Program-made: the position numbers and the translations under genes
Shown: positions 50,721 to 63,499 of the stretch, piece after piece
Position numbering within the stretch: position 1 is the stretch's first letter
How the letters are laid out: each line of letters begins with the position of its first letter
DNA from: Felis catus
Lineage: Eukaryota
Direction of reading: 5' to 3'
NCBI RefSeq assembly: GCF_018350175.1
Contig: NC_058368.1
Coordinates: forward strand, 54,004,001 to 54,068,000
DNA: 64,000 nt
The notes under the pieces: model-generated
Databases searched by the model: none
Seen by the model: the letters and a program-made list of their open reading frames with translations, nothing else
What the model was told of the DNA's origin: nothing

Positions 50721-52209
50721 ACATGAACACGGAGAAGGATGAAGCTATTACACTTGAATAATAATTTCATTTGTATTTGCACCTGACATGATGAGTAACA
50801 GCTGCTACTGAATCTACCTGCACAGGAAAAGACAGAGAGGATTAAGTAATTCATTTTCCCCTGAACTTAGAGATACCCTAATCAAAATAAACCAAGTTGG
50901 AGAAGTTTGCTCTTAGTGATTCCATCCTGCTCAGTTACCTTTCTTTTCCAGGACATAAGACCTTTCTCTTTGACTAGCTTCTTTAAGGCATCAGGCAAAT
51001 TTAGGCTTAATGAGCAAGACAGGTTTCATTTTATTTTTTCAAGAAAATGCATTCACCCCTTTTTTGTCTCCTATAAATAGCTCAGGCTCTGCCTACATAA
51101 AGGATAGATTCCTTTGGTGCTAAACTCTGCTCATACATAAAAAGGCACCACTCCTAAGTCAGCTTCCAATACTATCATATTAGCTAATTGTTTCATTTGT
51201 GCTCCCAACTAATTTAGAAGTTTCAAGGACCATATTGTATTCATCTTTTTACCCCTAATGCCTGTAACACAATAGACTCTTAATAAATTTTTAATGAATG
51301 ATTGAATAATTGAGTAAATGAGTGAACAGCAGGACCTATAAATGAAACTTCTTTCAATCCTTGGCATAGTACAAACAAATAATGAGGGTTTTGTAACCAA
51401 ACTGTTTGCTTACATGTAAATGTATATATATCCAATTTTGTCCTCCATCTCATGCTGCTGTGAGGGACAAGAATTCTCAAATTCCTTGGGTGACATGTGA
51501 CTCATTATAATTTCAAAGTCACTTCTTTCTCATTCACTAAAACACCTGAGCTTAATACTGTTTATGATAATAAGACAGAGAGTTTTCCTTCGTATCTGCC
51601 TCTGTTCCCTGCACATCATACATTTGAGCATAAAAGACCATCTCCCCAAGCACTTATTGTGCTCTGAGGGCACAATAAGCCAAACATTATCACATTTGGG
51701 CTTTAACAGACACGCACAGACAGTACTGAAAAAAGATTTGCTAATTCTAGCTTCCAATCTATCAAAATCTGTTACATGCTTTCCATACACATATACAGTT
51801 CTAAATTAACCTGTTTATAGCTATCTAGAATTCAATAAATCTAGTACTCACTACAAAATTCCCACAGATAGCTGATAAGATTCGCATAGTTAATGAGTGC
51901 TAAACAGAAAATCTTTCAGTCTGCTTGAGTAGGAAGACTGACATATATTTTAACTGCATTAACATTTTGACTGATTCAAACCACAGTATAATCAAACTAA
52001 AATGATGACAAAGCCTGTTGTTTCTATTTATGAGGGAAGAGTTATAAAGCGGAATATATCTATACCATCCAATTAGAATACCTCTTTCAATAACCGTTAG
52101 GAAAATTAATAACACTTAGAGTTTACAAGAAGAATTTACTGTAAAGTTTACTAAAACTTAGAGTTGAAGATTCTCAGGTGCATCGGTCTATAAAAAGTGT
52201 CAGAGGGTC

Positions 52210-52977
52210 GGGGCATCTGGGTGGCTCGGTTGGTTGAGCTGGTTGAGCGTCTTCAGCTCAGGTCATGATCTCACAGTTTGTGGGTTTGAGCCCCGCATCA
52301 GGCTCTCTGCTGACCGCTTGCGCAGAGCCTGGAGCCTGCTTCAGATTCTGTGTCTCCTTCTCTCTCTGCCTCTCCCCTGCTCATGCTGTGTCTCACTCTG
52401 TTTCTCAAAAATAAATAAATGTAAAAAAAAAAAGTTTTTTAAAAAAAGTGTCAGAGAGGCACCTGGCTGGCTCAGTTGGTAGAACACGCAGCTCTTGATC
52501 TCAGAGTTTTGAGTTCGAGCCTCATGTTGAGTGTAGAGATTACTTAAAAATAAATCTGTTTAAAAAAAATGTTAGATGGTCATGAGATCAGGTCCTGTGT
52601 CGGGCTCCACACTAAGCATAGACCCTACTGAATGTTCTCTCCTTTGCCCCCCGCCCCCACTCCTGTGCTTGCATGCTCTCTCTCTCAAAAAGAAAAAAAA
52701 AATTGAAATAATTGAAAAACTTAAAAATAACTAGAAATTTAAAAGTTAAGATTTGGGGAAATACACACACAGAAACAGACACGGGTGTGCCTGGGTGGCT
52801 CAGCTAGTTAAGCCTCCGGATCAGGTCATGATCTCCTGGTCCGTGAGTTTGAGCCCTGGATCCAGCTGTCTGCTATCAGCAGAGACGACTTCAGATCCTC
52901 TCTCTCCCTCTCTTTCTGTCCCTCCCCAGTTCTCACTCTCAAAAATAAATAAACATTTTTTAATCAAAAAAAAAAAG
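52210..52977 (+). mobile_element. Cluster of four same-strand Can-SINEs/fragments (52210-52443, 52456-52570, 52578-52725, 52783-52977)
   Basis: Repeated SINE heads and tails; first has TSD aaaaagtgtcagag. Confidence 0.9.
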
Positions 52978-53538
52978 CACACAAAGACACAGTGTATACC
53001 TATTAAAAGAGGTCTTCTCAGATTAAGGTAACATGCTATACATTGCTATACATTAAGATGCTATACACTGAGTGGTGTTATGAAAAATAGCAAACCAGGA
53101 AGCCCCAAAGTCAATCATTTTATCCAAAGAAAAATTAAACTGGGAAAAAAAAACATCAGGATCACTTATTTTGGAACTTGGGAACAGGATTAGACATTTA
53201 TGATAACCAGAGGAGTATTTGATAAAGGAAGAGGCTGTTGAACTTCGGTAGAGAGTGACCTGTGGGAACCAGCTATCATCCGCCATACCTCAGCCTCCCC
53301 TTGGACATGGGGATGGCAAACCCTCCTAGAGCAATGGGCTAAATCTAAGGTGTGCATGAAGGGCATTATCTTTCACATATTTAGGATTGTGTGTTTTGGA
53401 AGATCTGGCAGTTCCTTAAGGGACAAATGCAGACATTACCTTTGTTTTGTCCCCCTCAGACTGCAGGGAAGTCCCTGGCAACTGATTCTACTGGAATATT
53501 TAGACATATATACCTTTTATATATATACACACACATAT

Positions 53539-53569
<31 letters not shown>

Positions 53570-54052
53570 CATATATATATAAATGAGAGAGAGAGAATTA
53601 TGTGTGTATATATATATATGGATATATATATAATTCAAGCATTTAAGAAAATAGGTCATAGACTGACCTGCAGAAATAATGGTACAGAATGTTTTGTGGT
53701 CACATATAGCAAGGAATACAAAGCTTGCAAAAATAGGAAAAGTCACTGTACAAAGGGACAACCAAAGCCCTCAACAAAGAACAAAAGTAATCTCTGAGGA
53801 GGAAGTGAATCTGATTTCCAGGCTTACTGCATTATAATATTCAATCTGTCCAGTCCTCAACAAAAAATTACAGTGCATACAAAGAAACAAGAAAACATGG
53901 CTCATTCACAAAAATAATAATATGATTTGACAGAAACTATCCTTGAGGAAGCTCAGATATTAGAATTACTAGTCAAAGACTAGTTAACTGTCTTAAATAT
54001 GCTTAATTCAGTTAAAGGAAATCATGGACAAAGAACTAAAGGAAATCAGGAA

Positions 54053-54215
54053 GGGGTATCTGGGTGGCTCAGTTGGTTAAGCGTCTGACTCTTGGTTTGG
54101 CTCAGGTCAGGATCTCACAGTTCATGGGATCAAGTCCTGTGGCTGCCTGTGGGCTGACAGCATGGAGCATGTATGGATTTCTCTTGCGCGCTCTTTTTTT
54201 CCCTCCCCTGCTCAT

Positions 54216-54250
<35 letters not shown>

Positions 54251-54272
54251 ACAAATAAATCTTTAAAAAATA
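54053..54272 (+). mobile_element. Can-SINE nested in L1M
   Basis: Perfect TSD taaaggaaatcaggaa. Confidence 0.95.
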
Positions 54273-55636
54273 TAAAGGAAATCAGGAAAACCATATATAG
54301 ACAAATGGAGAATGTCAACAAATAGATAGAAATTATAAGAAACCTAATAGATATTCTGGAGCAGAAAAGTATAATAGTTGAAGTAAAAAATCCACTAGAG
54401 GGGCTTAATAGTAGATTTGAACAAGCAGAAAAATCAGTGAACTTGAAGATAAGGAAATTGAAATTACTCAGTCTGAGGAGTCAGAAAGAAAGAAGAATAA
54501 AGAAAAATGAACAAATCCTGTAGGACACAATTAAATATGCCAACACATGCATCATAGAAGCCTCAGAAAAAGAAGAGAGAAAAGGGGGAAATATTTGAAG
54601 AAATAAAGGCTGACACTTCTTAAGTGTGATGAAAGACATTAATCTGTGCATTCAAAAACTTGAACAAACTCCAAAAAGAATTAAACTCAAAAGAGATCCA
54701 CATCAAAACATCAATTATAGCAAAAAGACAGAGAGAATCTTGGAAACATCAAGAGAGAAAGGACTCGTCATGTACAAGGGAAGCATTAATAAAATTAGCT
54801 GACTCCCCATCAGAAATCATGGAGGCCATGAGGCAGTAGAATGACATATTTAAAACACTGAAAGAAAATAAACTGTTAACTAAGAATTCTATATCTCTAA
54901 AAATAAAGGAGAAATTAAGACATTCTCAAATAAACAAATTCAGGAATTTTGTTATGTTCTAAAAGAAATGCTAAAGGGAGTCCTTCAGGCTTAAATGAAA
55001 AGATAGCAGACAATAACTAGAGGTCATGTGACAAAAATACAGGACAGTGATAAAAATAACTAGATGAGTAAATATTAAAGCCTATATGATTTTACTTTTG
55101 ATTGGTGACTTCTCTTTTTTTCTTTTATGCAAAAGTGTAAAACAATGATTATAAAAGTATGTTAACAGCCACACATAACATGTAATCTGTTATAATAATA
55201 ACATAAAGGGAGTGGGCAGAGACAAAAGTTCAGAGTGTTGCATACTATTGAAACTAAGTTGGTATTAGTCAAAATAGATCGTTATAAATTTAAGATGTTA
55301 AATGTAAATTCCAAGGTAATCACTAAGAAAATAACAACAACAAAGCAGAAAACAAAGGAAAAGAATCAAAATGATACCTTACAAAAAATTAACCACAAAA
55401 AAATCATTAATAGAAGAATTGAATAAAAAAATGTATAAGACATATAGAAAATGAAGAACTAAATGGTAGAAATAAGCCCTTCCCTATTAACAATTACTTT
55501 AGACATACATGGATTAAACTCTCCAATGAAAAGACAGACATCGGCAGAATGGATATTTAAAAAAAAATGATTTTCTATTTAGAAGAGACTTACTTCAGAT
55601 ACGAAGACACAAAGAAGAAGAAAGTAAAAGAATGGA

Positions 55637-55760
55637 GGGATGCCTGGCTGACTCAGTCGATGGAGCATGGGACTCTTGATCTCAGGGTCAATAGTTCAAG
55701 CTCCACTTTGGGCATAGAGCTTACTGTAAAATTTTTAAAATACAAAACATATATTTAAAA
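55637..55760 (+). mobile_element. Short old Can-SINE
   Basis: gggatgcctggctgactcagtcg head. Confidence 0.85.
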
Positions 55761-55882
55761 AAGGGAAAGAATGGAAAATAATATTTCATGCATATAGTAA
55801 CCAAAACAGAGCAGTGGTGGCTATATTATTAATCAGACTTTAAATTAAACAGATTTTAAATCAAAAAGATTAAGAGAAAAAT

Positions 55883-56006
55883 GGGGCACTTGTCTGGCTT
55901 AGTTGGATTAACATCCAACTAAGTTGGATTAACATACAACTCTTGATCCTTGGGGTTGTAAATTCGAGCCCTGTGCTGTGCGTGGAGGTTACCTAAAAAA
56001 AAAAAA
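55883..56006 (+). mobile_element. Short old Can-SINE with an internal tandem duplication
   Basis: TSD aaaaagattaagaga; agttggattaacatMcaact occurs twice. Confidence 0.85.
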
Positions 56007-56415
56007 AAAAGATTAAGAGACAAAGAATGACGTTATATACTGATAAAAGATGCAATCCATCAAGAAGATATAACAATTATTCTTAAAAGTACACACCTAC
56101 CAGAGCAATTAGGGAAGAAGAATAAATGAAAGGCACACAAATTGGAAAGGAAGTAAAACTATTTTTGTACATAGATGACTTAATCTTACATGTAGAGAAT
56201 CCAACGAATCCATACACACACAAAAGTGAAAACAAATAAATTCTGCAAAGTTACAAGGTACAACATCAAATGCAAAATCATTTGCATTTCTATACAACAG
56301 CAGTGAAGAATCCAAAAAGAAAATTTTAAAAACATTCCATATACAATATCATCAAAAAAGGAATAAAACAGTCAGGAATAAATTTAACCAAGAAGGATCA
56401 AGACTGGTACACTGA

Positions 56416-56598
56416 GGGATGCCTGGGTGGTTCAGTCGGTTGTATCTGATTCTTGATTTTGGCTCAGGTTATGATCCCAGAGTCATGGGATCCAGCCCTA
56501 CGTTGGGCTTCGTGCTGAGTGTGGAGCCTACTTGAGATTCTCTCTCTCTCTCCCTCTGCCCCTCCCCCGGGCTCTCTCTCTCTTTAAAAACCAAACAA
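56416..56598 (+). mobile_element. Can-SINE
   Basis: TSD aagactggtacactga / aagattagtacactga. Confidence 0.93.
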
Positions 56599-56673
56599 AA
56601 GATTAGTACACTGAAAACTATAAAACATTATTGAAAGAAATTAAAGAGGATATACATAAATGGAAAGACATCT

Positions 56674-56740
56674 CGTGAGATCATGACCTGACCCTAAATC
56701 AAGAGTCAGACACTTAACCGACTGAGCCACCCAGGTGCCT
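56674..56740 (-). mobile_element. Can-SINE head fragment fused to the end of the L1M
   Basis: gtgagatcatgacctgac...tgagccacccaggtgcc with no tail. Confidence 0.85.
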
Positions 56741-56879
56741 CAAAAAATTCTAAGAGTTTTAAAATATATGTGCCTGGAACCTGGACAAGTACCAGACATG
56801 TGTTTGTTTTTTGTTTTTAATCTCACACATGTAAGAAAGTACTGGCAATACTATAAATTAATTCTCTGATAGAGTTGGT

Positions 56880-57360
56880 TTGAAATATGAGGAAACCATG
56901 CCCAGGGCAACGGGCTTGGGGAAAGCATCATAGAAGTGATGTGATGGAGGGAAAAATCTTGGGAGCTACATTTTCAGTGAGGAAAAACACCTGTTCAAAG
57001 TCACAGGTCCTGAAAGAAAAGGGATTATAAATGAGGACAGGCCTTGAACTTCCAGGAAGTTCAGGAGATGAGGCTGGGAGACAGGTGGGCTGAGGCTGAT
57101 AAGGCTCATCAGTGCAAAGGGATTGGGGATTGATTTTATACGAAGCAGGGATCCCACTGAGGTCTGGCAAGAGGGGAGTGTTGTATTTATTATTTTTGAA
57201 GATAATGCAGGCAGTAACAAGAAGGATGGACTGTAGTGGGAAAGAGAAAAGAAGTAGGAATACATTTGAAAGGCTGTTATAATTTGTGTAACAAAGTTAA
57301 CGTAAGACGGAGCCTTGCAATGGAGATAGAAAACTAGGCAAAAAAGCATTGGACATGGTT
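56880..57360 (-). mobile_element. L2 LINE fragment
   Basis: aagggattggggattgatttt...gggatcccactgagg...tggactgtagtggg. Confidence 0.5.
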
Positions 57361-58072
57361 GTTCTGTTTGTTAAGATGCCTCAAATTGTAATTTGAAATG
57401 TTCACATGAGTATTGTTCTCCTCGTTAAAGGACAACAACTTCAAAACATAGTTCCAGGACCCACAATATTTCCCATAAACACTCTCTGATAGCTGTATTG
57501 TCTTGAGGATGAGGCTTAGAGGTATGTGGGAACCAACTTTGCTGTGTTGGTTCCATGCTGACCAAGAGAGGTATTAGGAAAGTGAAATAGCTCATTTTCA
57601 TGAAAGCGCTTCAAATGATGCAAACCGTTCTAAGTGCATAACCTGCAGGTTAGTTAAAGCAAAGTTAAAGGATACAATACCAAATGCAAAATCATGTGCC
57701 TTTCTATACAACAGCAGTGAAGAATCCAAAAAGAACTTACTTGTAACTTACTTAAAAGTATATAAGCTTATAACTTACTCTCCAATAGCATTATATATGT
57801 GCCTCCTCTCCTTGTGTGCAATACAATAAATGTCTAGATCTTCCTGACATAGTACCTGGCACAAAATGTGTTAACAAAAAAAGTACTGAATAAACAATGG
57901 AATAAATAATAAATGGATAGAATGGCCAGTTTTTAGTTCACTCAGTGGAGGAAAGGACCAAATGCCAGATACCTGGCTTGGTCTGACTGGGGAAAATCCA
58001 TTTCAAAGTATTGCCTAGACTGTAAACCCAGAGCACACTGGGATGATCAGATAAGATACACATTTGTTTCCT

Positions 58073-58132
58073 TTAAAAAAAAAAAAACAGTTTTATTTAT
58101 TTTGAGAGAGAGAGAGAGCAAGCTAAGGAGAA

Positions 58133-58195
<63 letters not shown>

Positions 58196-58327
58196 GAGAA
58201 TCCCCATCAGGCCCCACACTGTCAGGGCAGAGCCAGATGCAGGGCTTGATCCCACAAACTGTGAGATCATGACGTGAGCTGAAATCCAGAATCAGATGCT
58301 TAATTAACTGAGCCACCCAGGTGCCCC
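58073..58327 (-). mobile_element. Can-SINE with very long (GA)n
   Basis: Reverse copy. Confidence 0.95.
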
Positions 58328-58969
58328 AATGCACATTTCTTTCTTGTGTTTTTGACAACTACATTTGTCAGGTTAACCAGAGACATTATACCTAAGTGTT
58401 ATTTGTTTTCACTTATTGCGAATTCCTGTATTTTGTTGTGTATAACTCACTGGTATTGCAAGATGAGTCCATTAAACGTGTTCCCAGGATGAAAATAAAC
58501 ACAGCACGGAAGGGCAAATATCACTATGTTAAATTAGTAAAACTGCAGAGAAAGTGAGAGTAAATCAACCAGTAACTATTTGCACTATTAGAAGAAAGAC
58601 AATAATCGCCTTTTGGATATTTTTAAAGCCATTTAAATCTTTTTTTAAAAACATTTTTATTATTCTGCCTTTTTCAGTTAGCCTAATTTGAGAAATAAAA
58701 GCACTGAGACAGAATTGAAGGACATGTGTCAAACGATTATTTAAGGATCCTGTATTAGATGCACAGTTTGGACACGGATCTCCGGTTTCTGATTTTTGCT
58801 TCAGAATTCTGTTCACTAATTTACAACATTCTGAATTAATGGCTTTTTTTTTTTCAAGATTCTTTTACACTTTCCCTTACAAAACATTGTCAGGATCGCA
58901 TCTAAAAAAAAAATTTTTTTTATGTTAAATGGTATCATTCACTCTCTTTTTCAAAAAGGGCACACAACA

Positions 58970-59192
58970 GGGGCATCTGGGTGGCTCAGTCAGTTAAGTG
59001 TCCGACTTTGGCTCAGGTCATGATCTCATGGTCCCTTAGTTGGAGCCCTGCGTCGGGCTTTGCTGACAGCTCAGAGCCTGGAGCCTGCTTCGGATTCTGT
59101 TGTCTCCTTCTCAGCCTGCCCTTCCTCTGCTCCCGCTCTGCCCCTCTCTCTCTCACACAAAAATAAATGAACACTAAAAAACAATTTTTAAA
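58970..59192 (+). mobile_element. Can-SINE
   Basis: TSD aaaaaggRcacacaac. Confidence 0.95.
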
Positions 59193-60322
59193 AAAAGGAC
59201 ACACAACTTCTAATAGTACTGATTCAGCAAAGGCAGTGATACTCTCTGTCTTTATTAGAATTCTGAATTTGGGCAAAGCTGGTAGAAAAGTGAAATTGTC
59301 CCCTAACTTGTGGTTCATAAGTGTACCTCTAGAGTGGGTTACGGCCACTCCGTCTAGTGGGTGATTTGGCATCCCCTTTAGTTCATTAAATGCTAGAATA
59401 TATGTACTAATTATTCATGATAGAGCTGTCTGCTTTGCACTGCTGTTTACTCCATTATAAGTATGAGAGCACACTGTTATTTTGCTTTACAAAAAGCAGA
59501 TCAGAAGTATTTAATTCATTTAGTGTGACTGATGTGCCCTCAGAAACAGAATGAAACGGTGGGTTGAAATAAATTAGGGTATTAATATTTGTAAACTATA
59601 AAGATGTCTGATAATACTTTAATCTGTGAACATTTCGTTTTCCAAATTCTATTAATAATGCAGAAAAAAATGTTCTCCCTTGATTTTCATAAAATATTTA
59701 CCATTTTCCTTCTTTCCTTTTTTTCCCACCCAAACTAGTAAATCTATCTCTTTTCAGGACTTATAAAAGTTCTCCTGAAGCATTTATATGCTTGCAAGGT
59801 CTTGCACATTATTATCCTTTAACTATAATTGTAATAACTAAATAATTTTTCTAAATCCATACTTTATTTGAGGCTAACATTAGGTTCAAATGTGTGTATA
59901 CACCGGAATTTAGCAGGATGTGCTATTTCTCAAAATCAGGAAGACTTTGTTAAAAGCTCCGTAAGAGGCATTCAAGGTTAAAATTCAGCTGGACTCTTTG
60001 GGCAGAGCGGGCACCTTCACTTCCACCCCCACTCAGCTCCTTGCTTTCCTCCTCTCCCCTCCCCCAGACAAGGAAGCTCATCAACATTAGCACACAAATG
60101 CAAAATAACCAGCCAGGCCTCTCCCTAGGAATACAAATTAGGGGCAGGTAGTTGAAGAGCTTAGAAAGCTGAAATCATTCACAATGAAAAGGATGAATAG
60201 ATGAGAGACTGAAAGTAGGGTAAAGTGTTTAGCTTTTGTCATTTAAAGTGACGTCTTTAACTCTTTGCCTTCTAGAAACTACCCCTCACCAAATAATAGA
60301 GCTTTGCAATCAAGAGTTCCTC

Positions 60323-60358
<36 letters not shown>

Positions 60359-61629
60359 TCGAGTTCCCTTTTATAAGATATAATGATAAAATTAGATATT
60401 GGTTTCACTAGGGCCTATGTGTGACAAAAATATGGTAGAGAACCTGTGACATTGAATAATTTAGTAGCAGACTTTTTATTAAAAAAAAAAAAAAAAGAAG
60501 TCCACATTAGCTGACTAGTGCATTTCCTTCCCCCCCACCCGCCCTTTGGTCACTACTCTCAGCTCAATGCAAATCCTGTTTTACTGCATTTACACTTGGC
60601 TGAGTTTTGACTTGGGAGGTGAGTTTGGCTAGAAGCTCTTGAATCTTATTTTCTAATTAGCTCTACCTTATCTAACAATCCATGGCAGAGACTTGACATA
60701 GGTTTTTGTAGTAATTATGAGATCGATGGCCAAGCAAGTCTTTTCCTAGATTGCAGAAGCTTTGGATACCCTGAAATTTTTATATCCTGAAATCAATACT
60801 GTAAATAAAGCAGCCAGCAGTGTGCATACACATTCTCAAATTAAAATCAAAATATTTAAGCATGATGCTACCTCAGCGGTTAGAAGCAGAACAGCTCCAG
60901 AGTAGGAAGATGTCTTAGAGTCTTATTATAAGACAGACAACCAAGGGACACACATGTACGTGCTCAGGCGGCTTAACAACTGAAACCCAGGGCTTCTACA
61001 GTGGCACATTTTGACTTAGAGCTAATTTTTGTTTGTTTTGTTTTGTTTGTTTTGTCTTATCTAAGAGTGCATTTCCTAATTTGGGGAGACCAACCCTGCT
61101 TTAATATTGATAAAGATCATAAATCATGTACTATAAGTATTTATTAAATACGTTTAATTTGTGTTGTGTGCCCTGCAACCAGACGCATGATCATCTCTTC
61201 AGTTTTTGGTAAGACTAGTTTAGACAAACAAGTTATAATTGCTGAAGGAGATACATGTCCTTAAAGCAGAGAGTGGGTCTGCCACAATGGTTGTTTATAT
61301 GATGGTATTGACAGGGGGGGTGGTTAGGGGATGAACATATTTGTGGGGTGTGGTGGACATGCATGTGATGAGTTTTTACAATTATGTATGGCATTATATT
61401 CACAATATTTCCATTGCATAGAAGGGGAAGTGGGACCACAGAAAGTTTTGACAGTTCTGTTTTATGACACTCCTAACCAAAGCCAATGCATGACCTGTTT
61501 CCTCTTTTCCTCTTGTTTCTTGAGATACATGCAATTTTTGAGACAAAAATTGTCTTCCTTTATCAGTGTCTTGAATAGTACTGTTTACAGTATTAGTGCT
61601 TAAATATTTAACAGTTTAAGAATACCACT

Positions 61630-62527
61630 TGTTAAAAAGGAGACAGCAGGTTCAAAATAGCATCACTTGTGCTAAAGCCCATGTCAGCAAACAAAGACAT
61701 CATACCCAGCCTAATTGCAGTTTCAAACCCACAGCAATGTAACCTTTCACGGTGCACGTGGAATTACCTGCTCCACGCGGAGTTACCTGATCCACGCTAG
61801 GAGGTAACCTGCCCCATAGAACCCCCTTTGGAAGGTGACTTTGCCTGAAACAATGCATTCTTTTCTACCCCCTTTCCACCTTTAACAACCTTTCCTTTTC
61901 TGCAGCTTGGCACAGCTCTTCTCTATCACTAGATAGGATGCTGCCCAATTCATGAATTGTTGAATAAAGCCAATTTGATCCTTAAATTTACTCAGTTGAA
62001 TTTTTGTAGTTTAATAGATTTAGTGGCAACAGCGGGACTGACAGAGACTTCTGACAGCTTCCAGGACATGAGAAGCACAGGCATGGTATGCTGTGAACCC
62101 TTTCAGTTCACTGTCTTTCTTGCTGTTGCCCAAGGCTGTGGGTAGATTCTCTTCCGGTTCTGAGCTCTGCTCCTTTGGCGTTGAGCTCCTGATCTAATTG
62201 GCTTTCCAGCCCAGGACTTAGTAGGTCAGCTTGAACTGGCAGATGGTTCCATCTGGAGCTCCAGACTCTAGCTTTTGGCTCAGTCTGAAATTCCCCAGAT
62301 GTTTGCAATCCCTTTCCCCAGTTTCAGTCTGCTGTCCCCATTTACTGGACATTGCTGGTTTAATCCACTCTCGATATTGCTGGTGGTGCCCGTGGCTTTC
62401 TCTTGCCAGCTCAGGTTAACATTTCTTGGTTACTGCTTGTATGTTAAATTGTGTGTGTTTGTTTGTCTTGTTTTGTGTAGATAAAGGCTATTGCTTTGGT
62501 TTAAGGAAATGTGGCTGGTTTGATTAT
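61630..62527 (+). mobile_element. ERV1-type 5' LTR (61630-62016), primer-binding site and leader fragment
   Basis: tgttaaaa...tttaata termini, AATAAA at 61963, PBS-like tagtggcaacagcgggac at 62021-62038. Confidence 0.7.
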
Positions 62528-63197
62528 CTAGACCACTAAAACTTTCTCCGTATCGGCAATAAGGCTGTTTTGCTCTCTTATCATTAGCGTGTTCACTGGA
62601 GTAGCACTTTTAATTTCCTTTAAGAACTTTTCCTCTGTATTTACAACACGACTATTTGGCACGAGAGGCCTAGCTAGCATTTGGCGCATCTCAGCCTTCA
62701 GCATGACTTTTTCACTAAGTTTATTCGTTTCTAGCTTTGGATTTAAGTGAGAGACGTGTGATTCTTCCTTTCGCTTGAACACATAGAAGTCATTGTATTG
62801 TTTTTAACTGGCCTAATTGCAATATTGTTGTGTCTCGGGGAATAGGGAGGCTTGAGGAGAAGGAGAGAGATGGGGGAACAGCCAGTCTGTGGAGCAGTCA
62901 GAATACACACTGTTACCCACTCGGTTTTGCTGTCTTACACTGGTGTGGTTCATGGCATCCTAAAACAACAATTACAATAGTAACATTAAAGATCACAGGT
63001 CACCAGTAACAAATGTAGTAATAATGAACATGTTTGAAATATTGTGAGAATTACCGAAATGTGATACAGAGATATAAAGTGTCCAGGCACTGTTGGAAAA
63101 TGGCACCAATAGACATGGTCAATGAACGGTTGCAACAGACCCTCCATTTATTAAAAAAAAACAAAAAAACAAAAAACACCGTGTCTGTGAGGTGCAC
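62528..63197 (-). mobile_element. Tigger1 DNA transposon 5' part with decayed transposase N-terminus
   Basis: ORF 62528..62782 contains [39 protein letters not shown], matching Tigger1/TIGD1 transposase; frameshifted and truncated. Confidence 0.92.
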
Positions 63198-63199
63198 TT

Positions 63200-63492
63200 C
63201 CTGTAATTTACGATCCCTAGAAGCCCAAACCCCCTTGCCTTTATCTTCTCCTCAAATTAATCACCCTTTATTAAAATGGTCCATAAGCCTTTTGGGGTCT
63301 TCACTTCTTTTCTATGATGGCCTTCAGAAATGTAATAATTAAAATATTAACATCAAATGAAATCTGTACACTTTTTCTCCTCTTAACCTGTTTTTCTGTC
63401 AGTTTAATTTACATGCCCTAGTTACTGAATGTAAGAGGGTAGAGGAAGAGGGGCTTTTGTTGTCTTTGTTGTTCTTTTCCACCCCTACATAC
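63200..63492 (+). mobile_element. Partial ERV1 LTR (MER34/MER39-like 3' half)
   Basis: ttttctcctcttaacctg...gtcagtttaatttaca...aagagggtagagg...ttccacccctaca. Confidence 0.65.
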
Positions 63493-63499
63493 ATTATAA

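Larger units (their letters stand above)
53280..56672 (+). mobile_element. Old L1M (5' region, ORF1, ORF2 endonuclease start, RT fragment), heavily decayed and interrupted
   Basis: ORF1-like agatttgaacaagcagaa...; ORF2 start-like ttactttagacatacatggattaaactctccaatgaaaagaca (~55495); RT-region fragment from ~56110. Confidence 0.8.

Noticed and set aside
62528..62782. TIGD1-like gene
   Set aside because: Truncated, frameshifted Tigger1 fossil, not an intact domesticated ORF.
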